NCBI GenBank assembly: GCA_051382295.1
Contig: JBBCAW010000038.1
Span: 1 to 64,000, forward strand
Origin: Bdellovibrionota bacterium FG-1
Lineage (GTDB): Bacteria > Bdellovibrionota > UBA1018
DNA: 64,000 nucleotides
Direction: 5' to 3'
Below are positions 18,324 to 27,928 of this stretch, piece by piece (position 1 is the stretch's first letter; every line of letters starts with the position of its first letter). A program made the translations under genes and the position numbers. The notes under the pieces are model-generated. The model saw only the letters and a program-made list of their open reading frames with translations, was not told the origin of the DNA and ran no database searches.

Positions 18324-18887
18324 GTGATGACAACGCGAGGGGTATGTTATTGGGTGTTTTCGATTGCGGCTTTGACCCAGTTTTATGGAATTTACTCATG
18401 GGCTGCGGATAATCCGCAGGGCGCGGCACGGGGAGAGTCAGCCGTGTCATTGCGATCAGATGAATCCCATACGGTGGTCGAATTTAAGCGCGGTCGGCCA
18501 GAGACCAAGATCAATGTCGATGTGGGACCCTTTGCTTATGGGGCCGGGGGAGGCTACGGAATTTACGTAGGAGGAGCGTTGGAGTCTTGGAATCTGGATA
18601 AATCGTATATTCAGGCGATCGGCGTCCATATGATCAAGGCTGCCACCACCGCTTTGGACATCTCTGGGGCTATTTATTTTGAAACGCTTCCTCGTTTATT
18701 CCTGGGGCCACGGTTGGGGATGAACTATAGCGAAAATACTGGCTTTGCCGCTTTATCCGCACGGATTTTAGGGTCAGACCCCAACGGTCAGCGGTTTTTT
18801 TCGATCCTCTATCCTCAGATTGATCTCGGACTTCGGAGTTCTGGCGCTCCCTATGGCGTGCTTTCGTTTGGTCTTAAGTTTTTGTAA
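18324..18887 (+). CDS. Hypothetical exported protein, probable small beta-barrel
   Basis: Signal peptide, Gly/aromatic alternating strands, C-terminal SFGLKFL. Confidence 0.55.
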   Translation: MMTTRGVCYWVFSIAALTQFYGIYSWAADNPQGAARGESAVSLRSDESHTVVEFKRGRPETKINVDVGPFAYGAGGGYGIYVGGALESWNLDKSYIQAIGVHMIKAATTALDISGAIYFETLPRLFLGPRLGMNYSENTGFAALSARILGSDPNGQRFFSILYPQIDLGLRSSGAPYGVLSFGLKFL

Positions 18888-18889
18888 GC

Positions 18890-18947
18890 AAAACCCCGAG
18901 TCCTTCTTGAAACCGGGTAAGTCTCAAGAGAACTCGGGGTTTTTTTT
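18890..18947. terminator. Bidirectional Rho-independent terminator closing the cytochrome operon
   Basis: AAAACCCCGAGT...ACTCGGGGTTTTTTTTT between convergent genes. Confidence 0.8.
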
Positions 18948-18967
18948 ATTCGATCAGTAATCGGAGC

Positions 18968-20470
18968 TTACTGTTGCTGTAAGCGCTTATAATCCCGCAT
19001 TTCTACCGTGTGACAGGTCTGAGCGCACTGTCCACCGTCGGGGTTCTGGGTGAAAGGAACCGTCACAGAGAACTGTGCGCCTGGGTTCATCTTCCACTCA
19101 GTCTTAATGTGGAACGGTTGCTCGGAGCCATGTGGGTCATGGCAAACAAAGCAGCTCTTGCCCCGGTCCTTGTCAATCGAACCCGCGGCATCCACAACGT
19201 GGAACCAGTGAAGGTTCTTTTTTACTACTTTTCCGTTAACGAGCTTATCGTCGTGGAAGTTCGTTTCTGCCCCAGAGATGTTCTGATTCAACATCGATGG
19301 ATTGTGACATTGGAAGCAAAGCGCATAGCTATTTGGCCTTGCGGGTGCTGTTCCCACGGCAGGCGAACCAGCATCATACTTAGTGGCGTAGGTGCTAGGA
19401 TAGTTGTTTTTGAGCAGCCGAGTATTCTTGGCGGCGTGTGCATTATGACAGTTGATACAGCTATCATCATCATATGCGGCCGAATGAATAAAGGCAGCGT
19501 CATTGACCTTTTGTCCAATATTTGGAAGGGTCCGCGGGTCATTACTCACCACTGCCGATACTTCTTGATTATGGCAGCTTAAGCAGAGCTCGCGTGGTTT
19601 GCCTCTGAGCATCTTCTTGTTATCGCCTGAGTGAGGGAAGTGGCAATTCACGCAGCTCATGGAGTCACTTTTAATGACGCCGTGGATAGATTTGCTCTTA
19701 TCGGGCATCATATCGTGGCATTGCAGACAGGTGTCTTGAATGTTGAGACGGAGAGAAAAGATCTGATCCGAACCATGAGGATTGTGGCAGGTGATGCAAG
19801 AGTCAGGATCTTGTGTCAAAGCCGGATGAATCACAGAATGTGCCTGCATGTTGCCGTGACAGGCTAGGCAGGTATCGGCCACTGACTTATTGGTGACCTT
19901 ATTTCCTTTAGGATCAGTGAGGTGACCGGGCTTGACATCATGACATGCCTTACAAAGGCCCGCTGCAGCTGGAAAGTGGCCGTTAGGTCGATGTTGATGG
20001 TCTGCATGACAGCTGGAGCATTGGTTGTCCACTACTGCGATCGGAGCTGCCGGAGCAGAAGGGGCGACCGGAAGAATGCTTGCTGGGGCTGTGCCTGCGG
20101 GCGCTGCGGACTTGATTGAGTGACAAGAGGTGGCGCATGAAACGTTTGAAAGGGCCGGTGTTTTAAGATTCAGACCGTCATGGCAGGACTTACAGTCTTT
20201 TCCTGTGCCTGCGATCGTTTTTCCATTCTTAGCCACGTATTCGGCATGAAGGACTGACCATTTGGCACTGTGAGGAAAAGTGTAATCTGCCCCTTCTTCT
20301 GTCGTATCCTTAGACAGTGGTGGGGTGTTGTCCCGGCTTTGAGCGCAACCTGTAATGGCCACGGAAATAGCCAGGATGAGGGTGCTGAAGATGAGCCTCG
20401 ATGGGATGGAGGATGTTGAATTTATATGGGAAGTGTTTAAAACTGATTTTTTACTAGCTAAGGAAGTCAC
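18968..20470 (-). CDS. Multiheme c-type cytochrome lipoprotein, 13 heme motifs (11 CxxCH + 2 CxxxCH)
   Basis: Lipobox AITG|C; CKSCH, CATSCH, CSSCH, CKACH, CLACH, CITCH, CLQCH, CVNCH, CLSCH, CINCH, CFQCH, CFVCH, CAQTCH; paired CxxCHxPH repeats. Confidence 0.92.
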   Translation of the reverse strand: MTSLASKKSVLNTSHINSTSSIPSRLIFSTLILAISVAITGCAQSRDNTPPLSKDTTEEGADYTFPHSAKWSVLHAEYVAKNGKTIAGTGKDCKSCHDGLNLKTPALSNVSCATSCHSIKSAAPAGTAPASILPVAPSAPAAPIAVVDNQCSSCHADHQHRPNGHFPAAAGLCKACHDVKPGHLTDPKGNKVTNKSVADTCLACHGNMQAHSVIHPALTQDPDSCITCHNPHGSDQIFSLRLNIQDTCLQCHDMMPDKSKSIHGVIKSDSMSCVNCHFPHSGDNKKMLRGKPRELCLSCHNQEVSAVVSNDPRTLPNIGQKVNDAAFIHSAAYDDDSCINCHNAHAAKNTRLLKNNYPSTYATKYDAGSPAVGTAPARPNSYALCFQCHNPSMLNQNISGAETNFHDDKLVNGKVVKKNLHWFHVVDAAGSIDKDRGKSCFVCHDPHGSEQPFHIKTEWKMNPGAQFSVTVPFTQNPDGGQCAQTCHTVEMRDYKRLQQQ

Positions 20471-20524
20471 GGTGACACCTCAAGTGAAAACGGTTAATTT
20501 TTAACTCACACGCTTATGGCATAT

Positions 20525-20540
20525 TGCATCAAATATGCCT
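20525..20540 (-). promoter_or_regulatory. Candidate sigma-54 promoter for the 13-heme cytochrome
   Basis: Minus strand AGGCATATTTGATGCA (GG-N10-GC), 55 nt before the GTG start. Confidence 0.4.
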
Positions 20541-20559
20541 AGTCTAAAACGAATAATGT

Positions 20560-22113
20560 TTAACTATTCGAACTTATTTGCCTTCTTTCATTCAGCCCAG
20601 AAACGCCGGCGATCACCAGCTGGGTGAGCGTCAGAATCGTAATAAAAGCAGCTCCGCCTGAGCTGAATCCGTAACTGTGGAGACCCGCAGCGAGGATATA
20701 GTTGACGCCAAACCAAGCCATGATGATCGACAAAAAAGCCAATGCACTCATGACCGTGAAAAGGTGTCCTCGGAACCATCCGACATATCTTCCGTGCAAA
20801 ATACTGAGATAGACGATGAGGGCAATGAGGGACCAAGTTTCCTTAGGGTCCCATCCCCAAAATCTTCCCCAAGAATAATCCGCCCATACCCCGCCTAAAA
20901 TAACGCCAGCAGCGAGAAAAACACTGCCCACCTGCATGGTGATGCGGATCACGTAATTCCAGCGGTCCAGAAACTCGGAGGAGCGGTGCCCGGTTAAGCG
21001 GCGAAGAAGAACATAATTAGCAAGCACCCAGGCAAAGGCAAAACAGGCGTAGGAAGAGGTCACGCAAGTGACGTGGGTACTGAGCCAGAAATTATCGCGA
21101 AGGACTGGTACGAGTGGCTGAATATTGCCGTCGAGCATGCCCGTGGCAAAAGTCATCATGAAAAGTGTGATGGTGTTTCCAGCAAAGCCTGCTGCCCAAA
21201 TTTGCTTGTTCTTGAGGCGCAAGCCCATGAGTGAAGACAGAATCAGAATGACAAAGCCCACCCACATCACCGTTTCAAACATATTAGTGATCGGGGCTCG
21301 GCCCGAGATCATCACGCGCAAGGTGATGCCAAAGGCCTCAATGATCAATAGTAGGACCATACAGACGCCAGCGAGACGTCCGAAGGGTGGGGAAATCGAG
21401 GCAAGGAATCCTAAAATGCAGAGGAGAATGGCAAGACTAAAGGGCTTGATACTTTCGTAGAGGCTTTCAGCGCGCATTCCGCGAAGCTCATCGCCAGTAA
21501 GAAGTGCTGTGCCGCCAAGAAGCGTTTTCTCTAGATCGGTATCATTTAAGGTCCTTAGTGTCTCAGCAGGGCGCCATTCGTGATTTCCCGTGAGATACTG
21601 CCAATCCTGGCCGCGAGTGGCTTTGTCAAAACGCTCGATGCGCTGAAGCAGGTTGCCTAGGTCGCGAGCAGGGCCGCTGGTGCCTGCTCCTTTGTTTTCA
21701 AGAGCATGGTAAGTATCCAGCAGCTTGTCGTGTTGCCCCATGGCCAGTTCTGGTGAGATTTCGCTCTGACGCCCGGGAAGCCCGAGTAGTTCAAAGGTCG
21801 CCGCATGATCTGCTTTAAAAAGAAGGCGGCACGAATAGGTTTTTTCAACCCAGGCGCGTTTGCCGAGGTTGAGATAACAGTAAAGAGCGGGAGCGCTAAT
21901 CTCAGTACAGGCGTTGCCAGAAAATACATTCTTGCGAAATTTTTGCGCATAAACGCCTAAGGGCATCGCACGGCCCTCAGCCAGAATAGGTTGGCTCGAT
22001 AATTCTGGATTGAGGCACGGGTCACTGGCCTGCGCATTGGGCGCCAGTCCAAGTAACAGTGTCAAAGTGAGAAAAATTCCAAGGGCTGAACGAGCGGGAG
22101 ATGGTAGATTCAT
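20560..22113 (-). CDS. ccsA: Cytochrome c synthase CcsA/ResC (system II)
   Basis: GRAPITNMFET, LVPVLRDNFWLSTHV, tryptophan-rich WADYSWGRFWGWDPKETW and GLHSY. Confidence 0.93.
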   Translation of the reverse strand: MNLPSPARSALGIFLTLTLLLGLAPNAQASDPCLNPELSSQPILAEGRAMPLGVYAQKFRKNVFSGNACTEISAPALYCYLNLGKRAWVEKTYSCRLLFKADHAATFELLGLPGRQSEISPELAMGQHDKLLDTYHALENKGAGTSGPARDLGNLLQRIERFDKATRGQDWQYLTGNHEWRPAETLRTLNDTDLEKTLLGGTALLTGDELRGMRAESLYESIKPFSLAILLCILGFLASISPPFGRLAGVCMVLLLIIEAFGITLRVMISGRAPITNMFETVMWVGFVILILSSLMGLRLKNKQIWAAGFAGNTITLFMMTFATGMLDGNIQPLVPVLRDNFWLSTHVTCVTSSYACFAFAWVLANYVLLRRLTGHRSSEFLDRWNYVIRITMQVGSVFLAAGVILGGVWADYSWGRFWGWDPKETWSLIALIVYLSILHGRYVGWFRGHLFTVMSALAFLSIIMAWFGVNYILAAGLHSYGFSSGGAAFITILTLTQLVIAGVSGLNERRQISSNS

Positions 22114-23819
22114 GTGACCTCGCGTGAACGAAAAGTGATATACCCGTAAATGACCAAGAAATGGAAAATAAGGCCTGCGATCAGGAGAATGGATCCCAGG
22201 TATTTAACGGGGCGCCCTGGATCCTTATTAACGGACAGGATGGAGTGGAACTTTCCCTGATCATCCTGAAGGTAGGAAGCTTGGTAAAAGGTGTATCCGT
22301 CGCTTTTGAGCGGATGATTCATATAGATATGAGCCGTTGTTTGCTTCCCTGATTCGGGGGATCCCACCTTGACAAAAGACTCATAACTGGCTGGACGATC
22401 CATCGTGCCGGGTACCATTTCCATTTTGAAATGGTCGAGCTGCATGGCAAAGGGGAGCTGCATTTCTTTTGCGCTTATAAAGCTTTCTTCCAGGCCGAGT
22501 CGAGATGAGGTGGCCTCACGGTTGGTGAGCCAAACATCTTCGGAGTCTCGGACGGCGCCCTTTTGTGAATCTTTTGGATTAGCCGGTGCCTCGATGTGGA
22601 CGAGTAAGGCTTTGGTGTTCTTTGAATCTTCCTTATTGGGTTGAGCAGCGTCATAGCCACTTTTGGGTCTTTGGTTGGGGTGATCCGCTAGACGAGTCAG
22701 GGTGAAGCCCATCCAAGGTAGGGTCAGTGTTCCACCATTATACTGTGAAAAAATCCATTGTCCCGATTTGTCCACCATCGCGATATGAACCGAAGAGTCG
22801 GGGAGGCGGCTCAGGAGAACATGGTTTGACTCGGAGTACTTCGTCAAGTCAATCAGGCTATAGGGCGAAGTCAGGTCAACCTGGAGGTGTTGGGTTGCTG
22901 GCTTCGCGGAAAATCGGGGGAAAAATCGCAGAGGTCCGGTAGGGGTGTCGAGTTGATAAAATTCGACCGCTGCCTTTTTCCCGATCTGTCGGCTAATAAA
23001 GAACTTTGAACCTAGGATCGATTGGCGATGGGTGACCTCAGGGATGAAAAAAGATTTTTGTGTATTATTATCAAAAAGCACGAACTGAGGTTTGACCGAA
23101 CGGCTCGGAGATGTTGTTCCAGGTTTTGGTGTGGCTAGCCCATTTTCAAGGATGGCAAAAACTTGAGGGGGGAGTGCTTCGACGCGAAGGGGGCCTAGCT
23201 CAGCTAAGGCCGGCTCGCCCGGGGCCAAGACCAGAGTGGTTTCTTGGCTAACACGATCGTTTTTAATTAACCAGGTGCTCGACCAAACGCCAACCGAAGT
23301 GACCCAGGTCGGAGTTTCTTTCGCATACGGAAGGTATTTGATCAGGCTGAGCTTTGCCCCGTTGGCCAAAAGGAACGAGTGATTGAGTGAGGTGGCTGAA
23401 ACAGTGTCAGGGAGCTGAAATGAGGACTGTTGGCCGGTCCCGTTGAAGTAAGCATAGTCTTCGCTGAGCCGGATTTTCTGGGTCGGCGCATCTTCGCGTA
23501 ACTCGATGGTGCCATCAATTCCTAGGTATCTGGTCATGAAAGCCCCCGCCATGATGATGATCAGCGAGGTATGGATGAGGTAAAAGCCGCTGAGGCGTTT
23601 TTTGAAAGGAAGGCGGTCAATCATAGCAAAAAGGACACTTAACAAGATGGAAAGCTGGATCCCGTAAAAAAACCAGCTCTGGTAGACAGTGCGCCTAGCG
23701 TATTCCGTGCCATAAAGGCTTTCGAGAACTGTGCCTACGCTCATGGCGATCGCGAATAGAGATAAAACCGGGATTGCAAAACGAACTGAAGCTATCCATT
23801 TGAAATAACGATTCTTCAT
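22110..23819 (-). CDS. resB: Cytochrome c biogenesis protein ResB/CcsB (system II)
   Basis: GTVLES, GFYLIH (conserved His), LPF..L..F, IYMNHPL...GYTFYQASY, LSVNKDPG and C-terminal TM; start at MKNRYF. Confidence 0.9.
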   Translation of the reverse strand: MKNRYFKWIASVRFAIPVLSLFAIAMSVGTVLESLYGTEYARRTVYQSWFFYGIQLSILLSVLFAMIDRLPFKKRLSGFYLIHTSLIIIMAGAFMTRYLGIDGTIELREDAPTQKIRLSEDYAYFNGTGQQSSFQLPDTVSATSLNHSFLLANGAKLSLIKYLPYAKETPTWVTSVGVWSSTWLIKNDRVSQETTLVLAPGEPALAELGPLRVEALPPQVFAILENGLATPKPGTTSPSRSVKPQFVLFDNNTQKSFFIPEVTHRQSILGSKFFISRQIGKKAAVEFYQLDTPTGPLRFFPRFSAKPATQHLQVDLTSPYSLIDLTKYSESNHVLLSRLPDSSVHIAMVDKSGQWIFSQYNGGTLTLPWMGFTLTRLADHPNQRPKSGYDAAQPNKEDSKNTKALLVHIEAPANPKDSQKGAVRDSEDVWLTNREATSSRLGLEESFISAKEMQLPFAMQLDHFKMEMVPGTMDRPASYESFVKVGSPESGKQTTAHIYMNHPLKSDGYTFYQASYLQDDQGKFHSILSVNKDPGRPVKYLGSILLIAGLIFHFLVIYGYITFRSREVT

Positions 23820-23829
23820 ATTTGTCCCT

Positions 23830-24144
23830 TTATTCAGTGCCGTTTGGCCCGTGGCAATCGAGACATCTGCGGGACCCATTTTTTATATCGGTAAGGAGCT
23901 GGTCTGCATCGATCATCGTATCTACATCTCGATGAATGTTGAGGGCAGCATTGTGGCAAAGGGCGCACTCGGTTCGTCCGTATCCGCCTCTATGCTGCTC
24001 GGGTGTCGTCAAACGTATCGGAATTTGGCTTGTGTCGCCATAATTTTCGGTGTCCCGATTGGCTTTGCCGCATGCGGTAAAAAGGGTGATGGAAAGAGCC
24101 ATCAGCATTAGTGTGAGCAAAAAAATGAGTCTTCTACGTTTCAT
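23830..24144 (-). CDS. Small diheme cytochrome c lipoprotein
   Basis: MKRRRL signal, lipobox LFTA|C, CALCH and CLDCH; ATGA overlap with the upstream gene. Confidence 0.85.
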   Translation of the reverse strand: MKRRRLIFLLTLMLMALSITLFTACGKANRDTENYGDTSQIPIRLTTPEQHRGGYGRTECALCHNAALNIHRDVDTMIDADQLLTDIKNGSRRCLDCHGPNGTE

Positions 24145-24752
24145 TTGATCCCCAGATGACAGTTGGTGCAGAACGATTTGGTATGGCAGGTATCGCATCT
24201 CTGTGGCTGCAGACGGGCTTGGACTGAATGGTAAAACCGGAAATTGCGAGGATGGTTTCGCAATTCAATGTCGTTTCGTTCAGAATGACATTTAACGCAC
24301 TGTGATGTAACATGACAATTGAGGCAGCTATCGCCGCCGATTCGAGCCTCGGCGCCGTGAGTACTTTTCCAAACGACATTGCTGTGACTAGGGGGCATGA
24401 TTGCACTCAGGCCTGCGGGATTATAATGGCAGGTGTAACAGGTCTTGGGAGCGTCGACGAATCTTGGATCAGTGCTTCGGTGGCACTGATGGCAGACTTC
24501 TTTGAGTGGAATCCGAAACATGGATTTTTTGAGATCATTGGTCGGCGTGAGTTGTTTTGTCACTTTATCTAATGCGAAATTATGACATTTAGCACATTCA
24601 AAACCGAGCGGCTTGAAAACCTTGGCGTCATGAAAATCGTGATTGTATCTTTCCGCAAGAATCGACGTAGCGGCGAATACCGAGCGGCCAAGGGGGGTGA
24701 GTAGCCCTATCAGGATAAGGCTGATTGAAATGACAAGAGCAGAGAATTTCAT
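24141..24752 (-). CDS. Heptaheme periplasmic c-type cytochrome
   Basis: Signal peptide; CAKCH, CHQCH, CYTCH, CLNCH, CVKCH, CDTCH, CTNCH; repeated H..(W/F)...H...A......CxxCHxxxxCxxCH unit; ATGA overlap with the porin stop. Confidence 0.9.
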   Translation of the reverse strand: MKFSALVISISLILIGLLTPLGRSVFAATSILAERYNHDFHDAKVFKPLGFECAKCHNFALDKVTKQLTPTNDLKKSMFRIPLKEVCHQCHRSTDPRFVDAPKTCYTCHYNPAGLSAIMPPSHSNVVWKSTHGAEARIGGDSCLNCHVTSQCVKCHSERNDIELRNHPRNFRFYHSVQARLQPQRCDTCHTKSFCTNCHLGIK

Positions 24753-26005
24753 ATTTCCGTCCACATCAGGTATTTCAGTGCCGCAAAAGCGCGCGCATCA
24801 TAAGTCACGCTATTGTTGCTGTTCATTTCCCCTCCCAGCGTGAGGCGAAGCCGATTCGAGAGAGATTGCGTGAGTTCAAGTTGGGAGCTAAATGCGGCAC
24901 GCTTCGAAGAGGTCACTTTGTTGTAAAAGGCAAAGTCTACGGCTTCCGCGAGTTCTAAGAGGTCCGTAAGCTTTTGAGTGAGGACGAGTCGATCGCCGTA
25001 AACTTGACCACCATAGCTCTGCAAGGCATAAAAAGAGTTACTGACGCTCGAGTGATTCCGGCGATAACGGAAGTCCGCTTCTGCCTTGATTCCATCGGTC
25101 CTATCGGGCGACTGATTGACGTAATTGTCATAGGCCAATGAAAAGCTGGTCGAAAAATGCGGACTAAACCGATACTCAGCCTGAACCGATGTTTCGTAGA
25201 GCCTGCCCTGAGAAAAAATTGAAAATATAGGCTGCTCGACGCCATCGATTGGCTGCAACTCATAGGTTTCAGCTCTCCATCTCAGGGAGGTGCGGTACGT
25301 CGGGTATAAATTGATGCCGGCACTGAGCCGATTGAGGTGGCTAGTACCAAGGTTGATCTCAGTATCCGCCAAGTACTCAGGACTCCATCCTCCAGGAAAG
25401 GGTTTTTGAGCCGAAACCTGTATTAAGTCCTCCTGGCTGTTCAGGTCGCGCTCGAAAATGCGATGCTGGTATTTCGCCTTGGTATAGAGGGGAAACATGC
25501 TTGCCCCCATGTAGCTCGCATAGGCACCCAGGAGAGTTGCCGAGGGAGTCCATTGCGCGAGTTCTAGATGGCGTTCTTTTCCCGCAAAAGTTCCGATTTT
25601 GATTTGTTTTTCAAAGAGAAAAAGGTCAATCGCTGCGGTGTCCAAGACCGAGGATCTGACTGACCTTTGAATATCAAAAACACGGCCCGCCGTAATATTG
25701 AGGACATCATGGACAGGGCTGTAGGAAAGATTCAGAAGATGAACATTGAGGGTGTCGTGAGATTTGACTGGGTCGGCATAGACATTGAGATCTGAATTGA
25801 CCTCAAAGTCACGAAGGGTGGAAACATAGGTGGCAGACAAAAATTCATAACTCGGAAGTTCGAATTTCAGGTCGTCGCCATTTCGGGCCGAGGTGAGCGT
25901 CTCCGATTCCAGTCTGAAAAGACCGGCCTGGCAGGGAAATGTCAGTCCGGTCGTCGCGGAAACTAGGCCGATGCCAAAGGCGAGGATCCTACCAGCGGCG
26001 TTCAT
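24749..26005 (-). CDS. Predicted outer-membrane beta-barrel (porin of a porin-cytochrome complex)
   Basis: Signal peptide (CQA|G); continuous alternating strands (YETSVQAEYRF, IKAEADFRYR, LRLTLGGEM, ARAFAALKY); lies between and overlaps two multiheme genes. Confidence 0.75.
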   Translation of the reverse strand: MNAAGRILAFGIGLVSATTGLTFPCQAGLFRLESETLTSARNGDDLKFELPSYEFLSATYVSTLRDFEVNSDLNVYADPVKSHDTLNVHLLNLSYSPVHDVLNITAGRVFDIQRSVRSSVLDTAAIDLFLFEKQIKIGTFAGKERHLELAQWTPSATLLGAYASYMGASMFPLYTKAKYQHRIFERDLNSQEDLIQVSAQKPFPGGWSPEYLADTEINLGTSHLNRLSAGINLYPTYRTSLRWRAETYELQPIDGVEQPIFSIFSQGRLYETSVQAEYRFSPHFSTSFSLAYDNYVNQSPDRTDGIKAEADFRYRRNHSSVSNSFYALQSYGGQVYGDRLVLTQKLTDLLELAEAVDFAFYNKVTSSKRAAFSSQLELTQSLSNRLRLTLGGEMNSNNSVTYDARAFAALKYLMWTEI

Positions 26006-27206
26006 TTTTCACCTCGTGCATGCGGTCATATTTCATCGTTGCGTGGCAAGCCGTAGCACAGCTGCCTCCTGTTGCGGTGGGTTCAAAGTGAATGGGAAGC
26101 TTCATTCCTTTGTAAGGCGACCAGGATTGGATCAGGAACCGGTTAGCGCTGAAGTGAACCGTATGGCAGACTCGACAAGTGCGATTTCGCGCGGGGTTTT
26201 GGTTGGTGTGCACCCAGTGGAGGTTTCTCGGGCCGTTTCGAAAGCCCGTAGCGTCAGCAGAGTTGGCAGATGTGGCCAGTTTCGAGTCGTGGCACTTGAA
26301 ACAGAGTGCAAAATTCTTTTCATTGAAGGTTTCATAGAATTGATCGGTAAAGTGGCCTTTTAGGAATGGCCGTTCAACGCTTTCATGGAGGGAATGGCAG
26401 CCGATACATTGAGGCGCAGGACGGGGGGGGGCGTGCGAGTTTGCGGTCGATCCGTGACGGATCATGGAGCCATCTTTCCATGGGGCCATCGCAGGGAGCA
26501 TGTGGCCATCCTCTGATGATTTGATGGCTTTTTCGTGGCAGCCCAGGCAGGTGCCATCGGGGTCGTTTTTAACCGAGCTTTTTTGAGCGGGCCTGTGGGC
26601 ATTATGGCAGTGCAGACATTTTTCTTTAGGGAATGTCGCATGCTTTCCGGCGAGAGTGGATGGGGTGATGTCGACAAAGTCGTGGCAGCTGGTGCAGGTC
26701 TCAGCCACGGTGGATTTTTTGAGGAGCTTCGGGTGGTTGGACGAGTGGGGGTTGTGGCAGCCTACACATCCCTCTTTTTCGATTACAGCATGGGCGTTTT
26801 TGGAGATCAGCAAATTTTCAAGATTATCGTGGCAGGTTACGCAAAGCTTGTTTTGGTCGCTGGGCTGCCGAATACTGACAGCGGGATGGCCGGCAGGAAC
26901 CTTTTTGAGTGGATTACCCGGTTCATGGCAAATAATGCACCCGTTCCTGGCTTTTACCGGGGGGTGAATATATGCACCTTCGAGTCTTGAGGTGTGGCAT
27001 TTCGAAGTCATGCAAGTCACATTTGCGGTTGCTTTTGATCTAGAATCAAGGGTGACATTGAGTTGGGTCTTTGGATCGGCGACCAAAACTGAAGTATTCA
27101 CCAAAAAAAATAAGAGTGCAGCTAGAGAATGGCGTCCATACTTGGAGACGAACAATGGAGTACTCGCTTTCTTGGTTTTTACTGCCATAGCATGAACTGC
27201 ACTCAT
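25989..27206 (-). CDS. Multiheme c-type cytochrome, 11 heme motifs (9 CxxCH + CxxxxCH + CxxxCH)
   Basis: CMTSKCH, CIICH, CVTCH, CVGCH, CTSCH, CLHCH, CLGCH, CIGCH, CFKCH, CRVCH, CATACH; N-terminal hydrophobic segment; start uncertain (27236/27206/27188). Confidence 0.9.
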   Translation of the reverse strand: MSAVHAMAVKTKKASTPLFVSKYGRHSLAALLFFLVNTSVLVADPKTQLNVTLDSRSKATANVTCMTSKCHTSRLEGAYIHPPVKARNGCIICHEPGNPLKKVPAGHPAVSIRQPSDQNKLCVTCHDNLENLLISKNAHAVIEKEGCVGCHNPHSSNHPKLLKKSTVAETCTSCHDFVDITPSTLAGKHATFPKEKCLHCHNAHRPAQKSSVKNDPDGTCLGCHEKAIKSSEDGHMLPAMAPWKDGSMIRHGSTANSHAPPRPAPQCIGCHSLHESVERPFLKGHFTDQFYETFNEKNFALCFKCHDSKLATSANSADATGFRNGPRNLHWVHTNQNPARNRTCRVCHTVHFSANRFLIQSWSPYKGMKLPIHFEPTATGGSCATACHATMKYDRMHEVKNERRW

Positions 27207-27275
27207 CCCGAAATATCGAATTAACCAGAAAAGCATTCCGCAAAAATATTTTGCGAAATAAAACTACGACTCCGG

Positions 27276-27776
27276 CTATCGTATTTTTATTTTTTCCCGA
27301 CAGAGATCTCTTACCTGAGGGAGAATGTCCCCATTTTGGGCACAGCGACTCAAGAACTCCATGATTTGCGTTTTGAACTGAGGGCTTTCCTGAACGACCT
27401 CGTCCAGTTGATCGAGGTAGGCTTTTGCGTAATCCAGCCACTCGGAGGTGTCTCTGGGTTCTTCGACGGGCTGGTTCCTTAAGTCCAACTCAGTGGGGAG
27501 TTGTTGTTGAATTTCAGCTAGTAAGTTGGAAAGTTCAAGCTGGGTTATGGCGGAATTTGGGTTACCGGTGGGTTCCGGGGAAAAGCTGGGAGGTGCAGTT
27601 GATGGGGTATTGAATGGCTCCAGAGGGCTAGCGCTGAAAGGGCTATGGATCGAGGAGGGCGCAGGAGTGGGAAGTGGAGGTTCTGGTTTGTTTGAAAAGA
27701 AAAATAGTCCAAGAAAAGGGAGGAGGGCTATCACGCACCCCAAAGCTATTTTTGGAAGTTTGATGTGGGGGCTCAT
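27276..27776 (-). CDS. Hypothetical membrane-anchored protein with Pro/Ser linker and helical domain
   Basis: N-terminal TM helix, Pro-rich spacer and two C-terminal Cys; first gene in the direction of the cytochrome operon. Confidence 0.55.
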   Translation of the reverse strand: MSPHIKLPKIALGCVIALLPFLGLFFFSNKPEPPLPTPAPSSIHSPFSASPLEPFNTPSTAPPSFSPEPTGNPNSAITQLELSNLLAEIQQQLPTELDLRNQPVEEPRDTSEWLDYAKAYLDQLDEVVQESPQFKTQIMEFLSRCAQNGDILPQVRDLCREKIKIR

Positions 27777-27928
27777 GGCTCTCTGTCTAACATAGGTCAG
27801 TAGAAAAGGATCAACAGGCCCGCGTGTTTAATTTCATGGGACAAAAACTCCCAAAAAAAAGAACAAAGTTATGTTGTGCGGCAAAATCTTATTTGGTAGA
27901 TACCTCGCCACGAAAGTGAGAATGATTT

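Noticed and set aside
18968..27236. Selenocysteine, read-through or frameshifting in the cytochrome operon; NrfA/HAO-type catalytic cytochrome
   Set aside because: All ORFs appear complete with ordinary short overlaps, there is no CxxCK motif, and I recognise no NrfA/HAO features.
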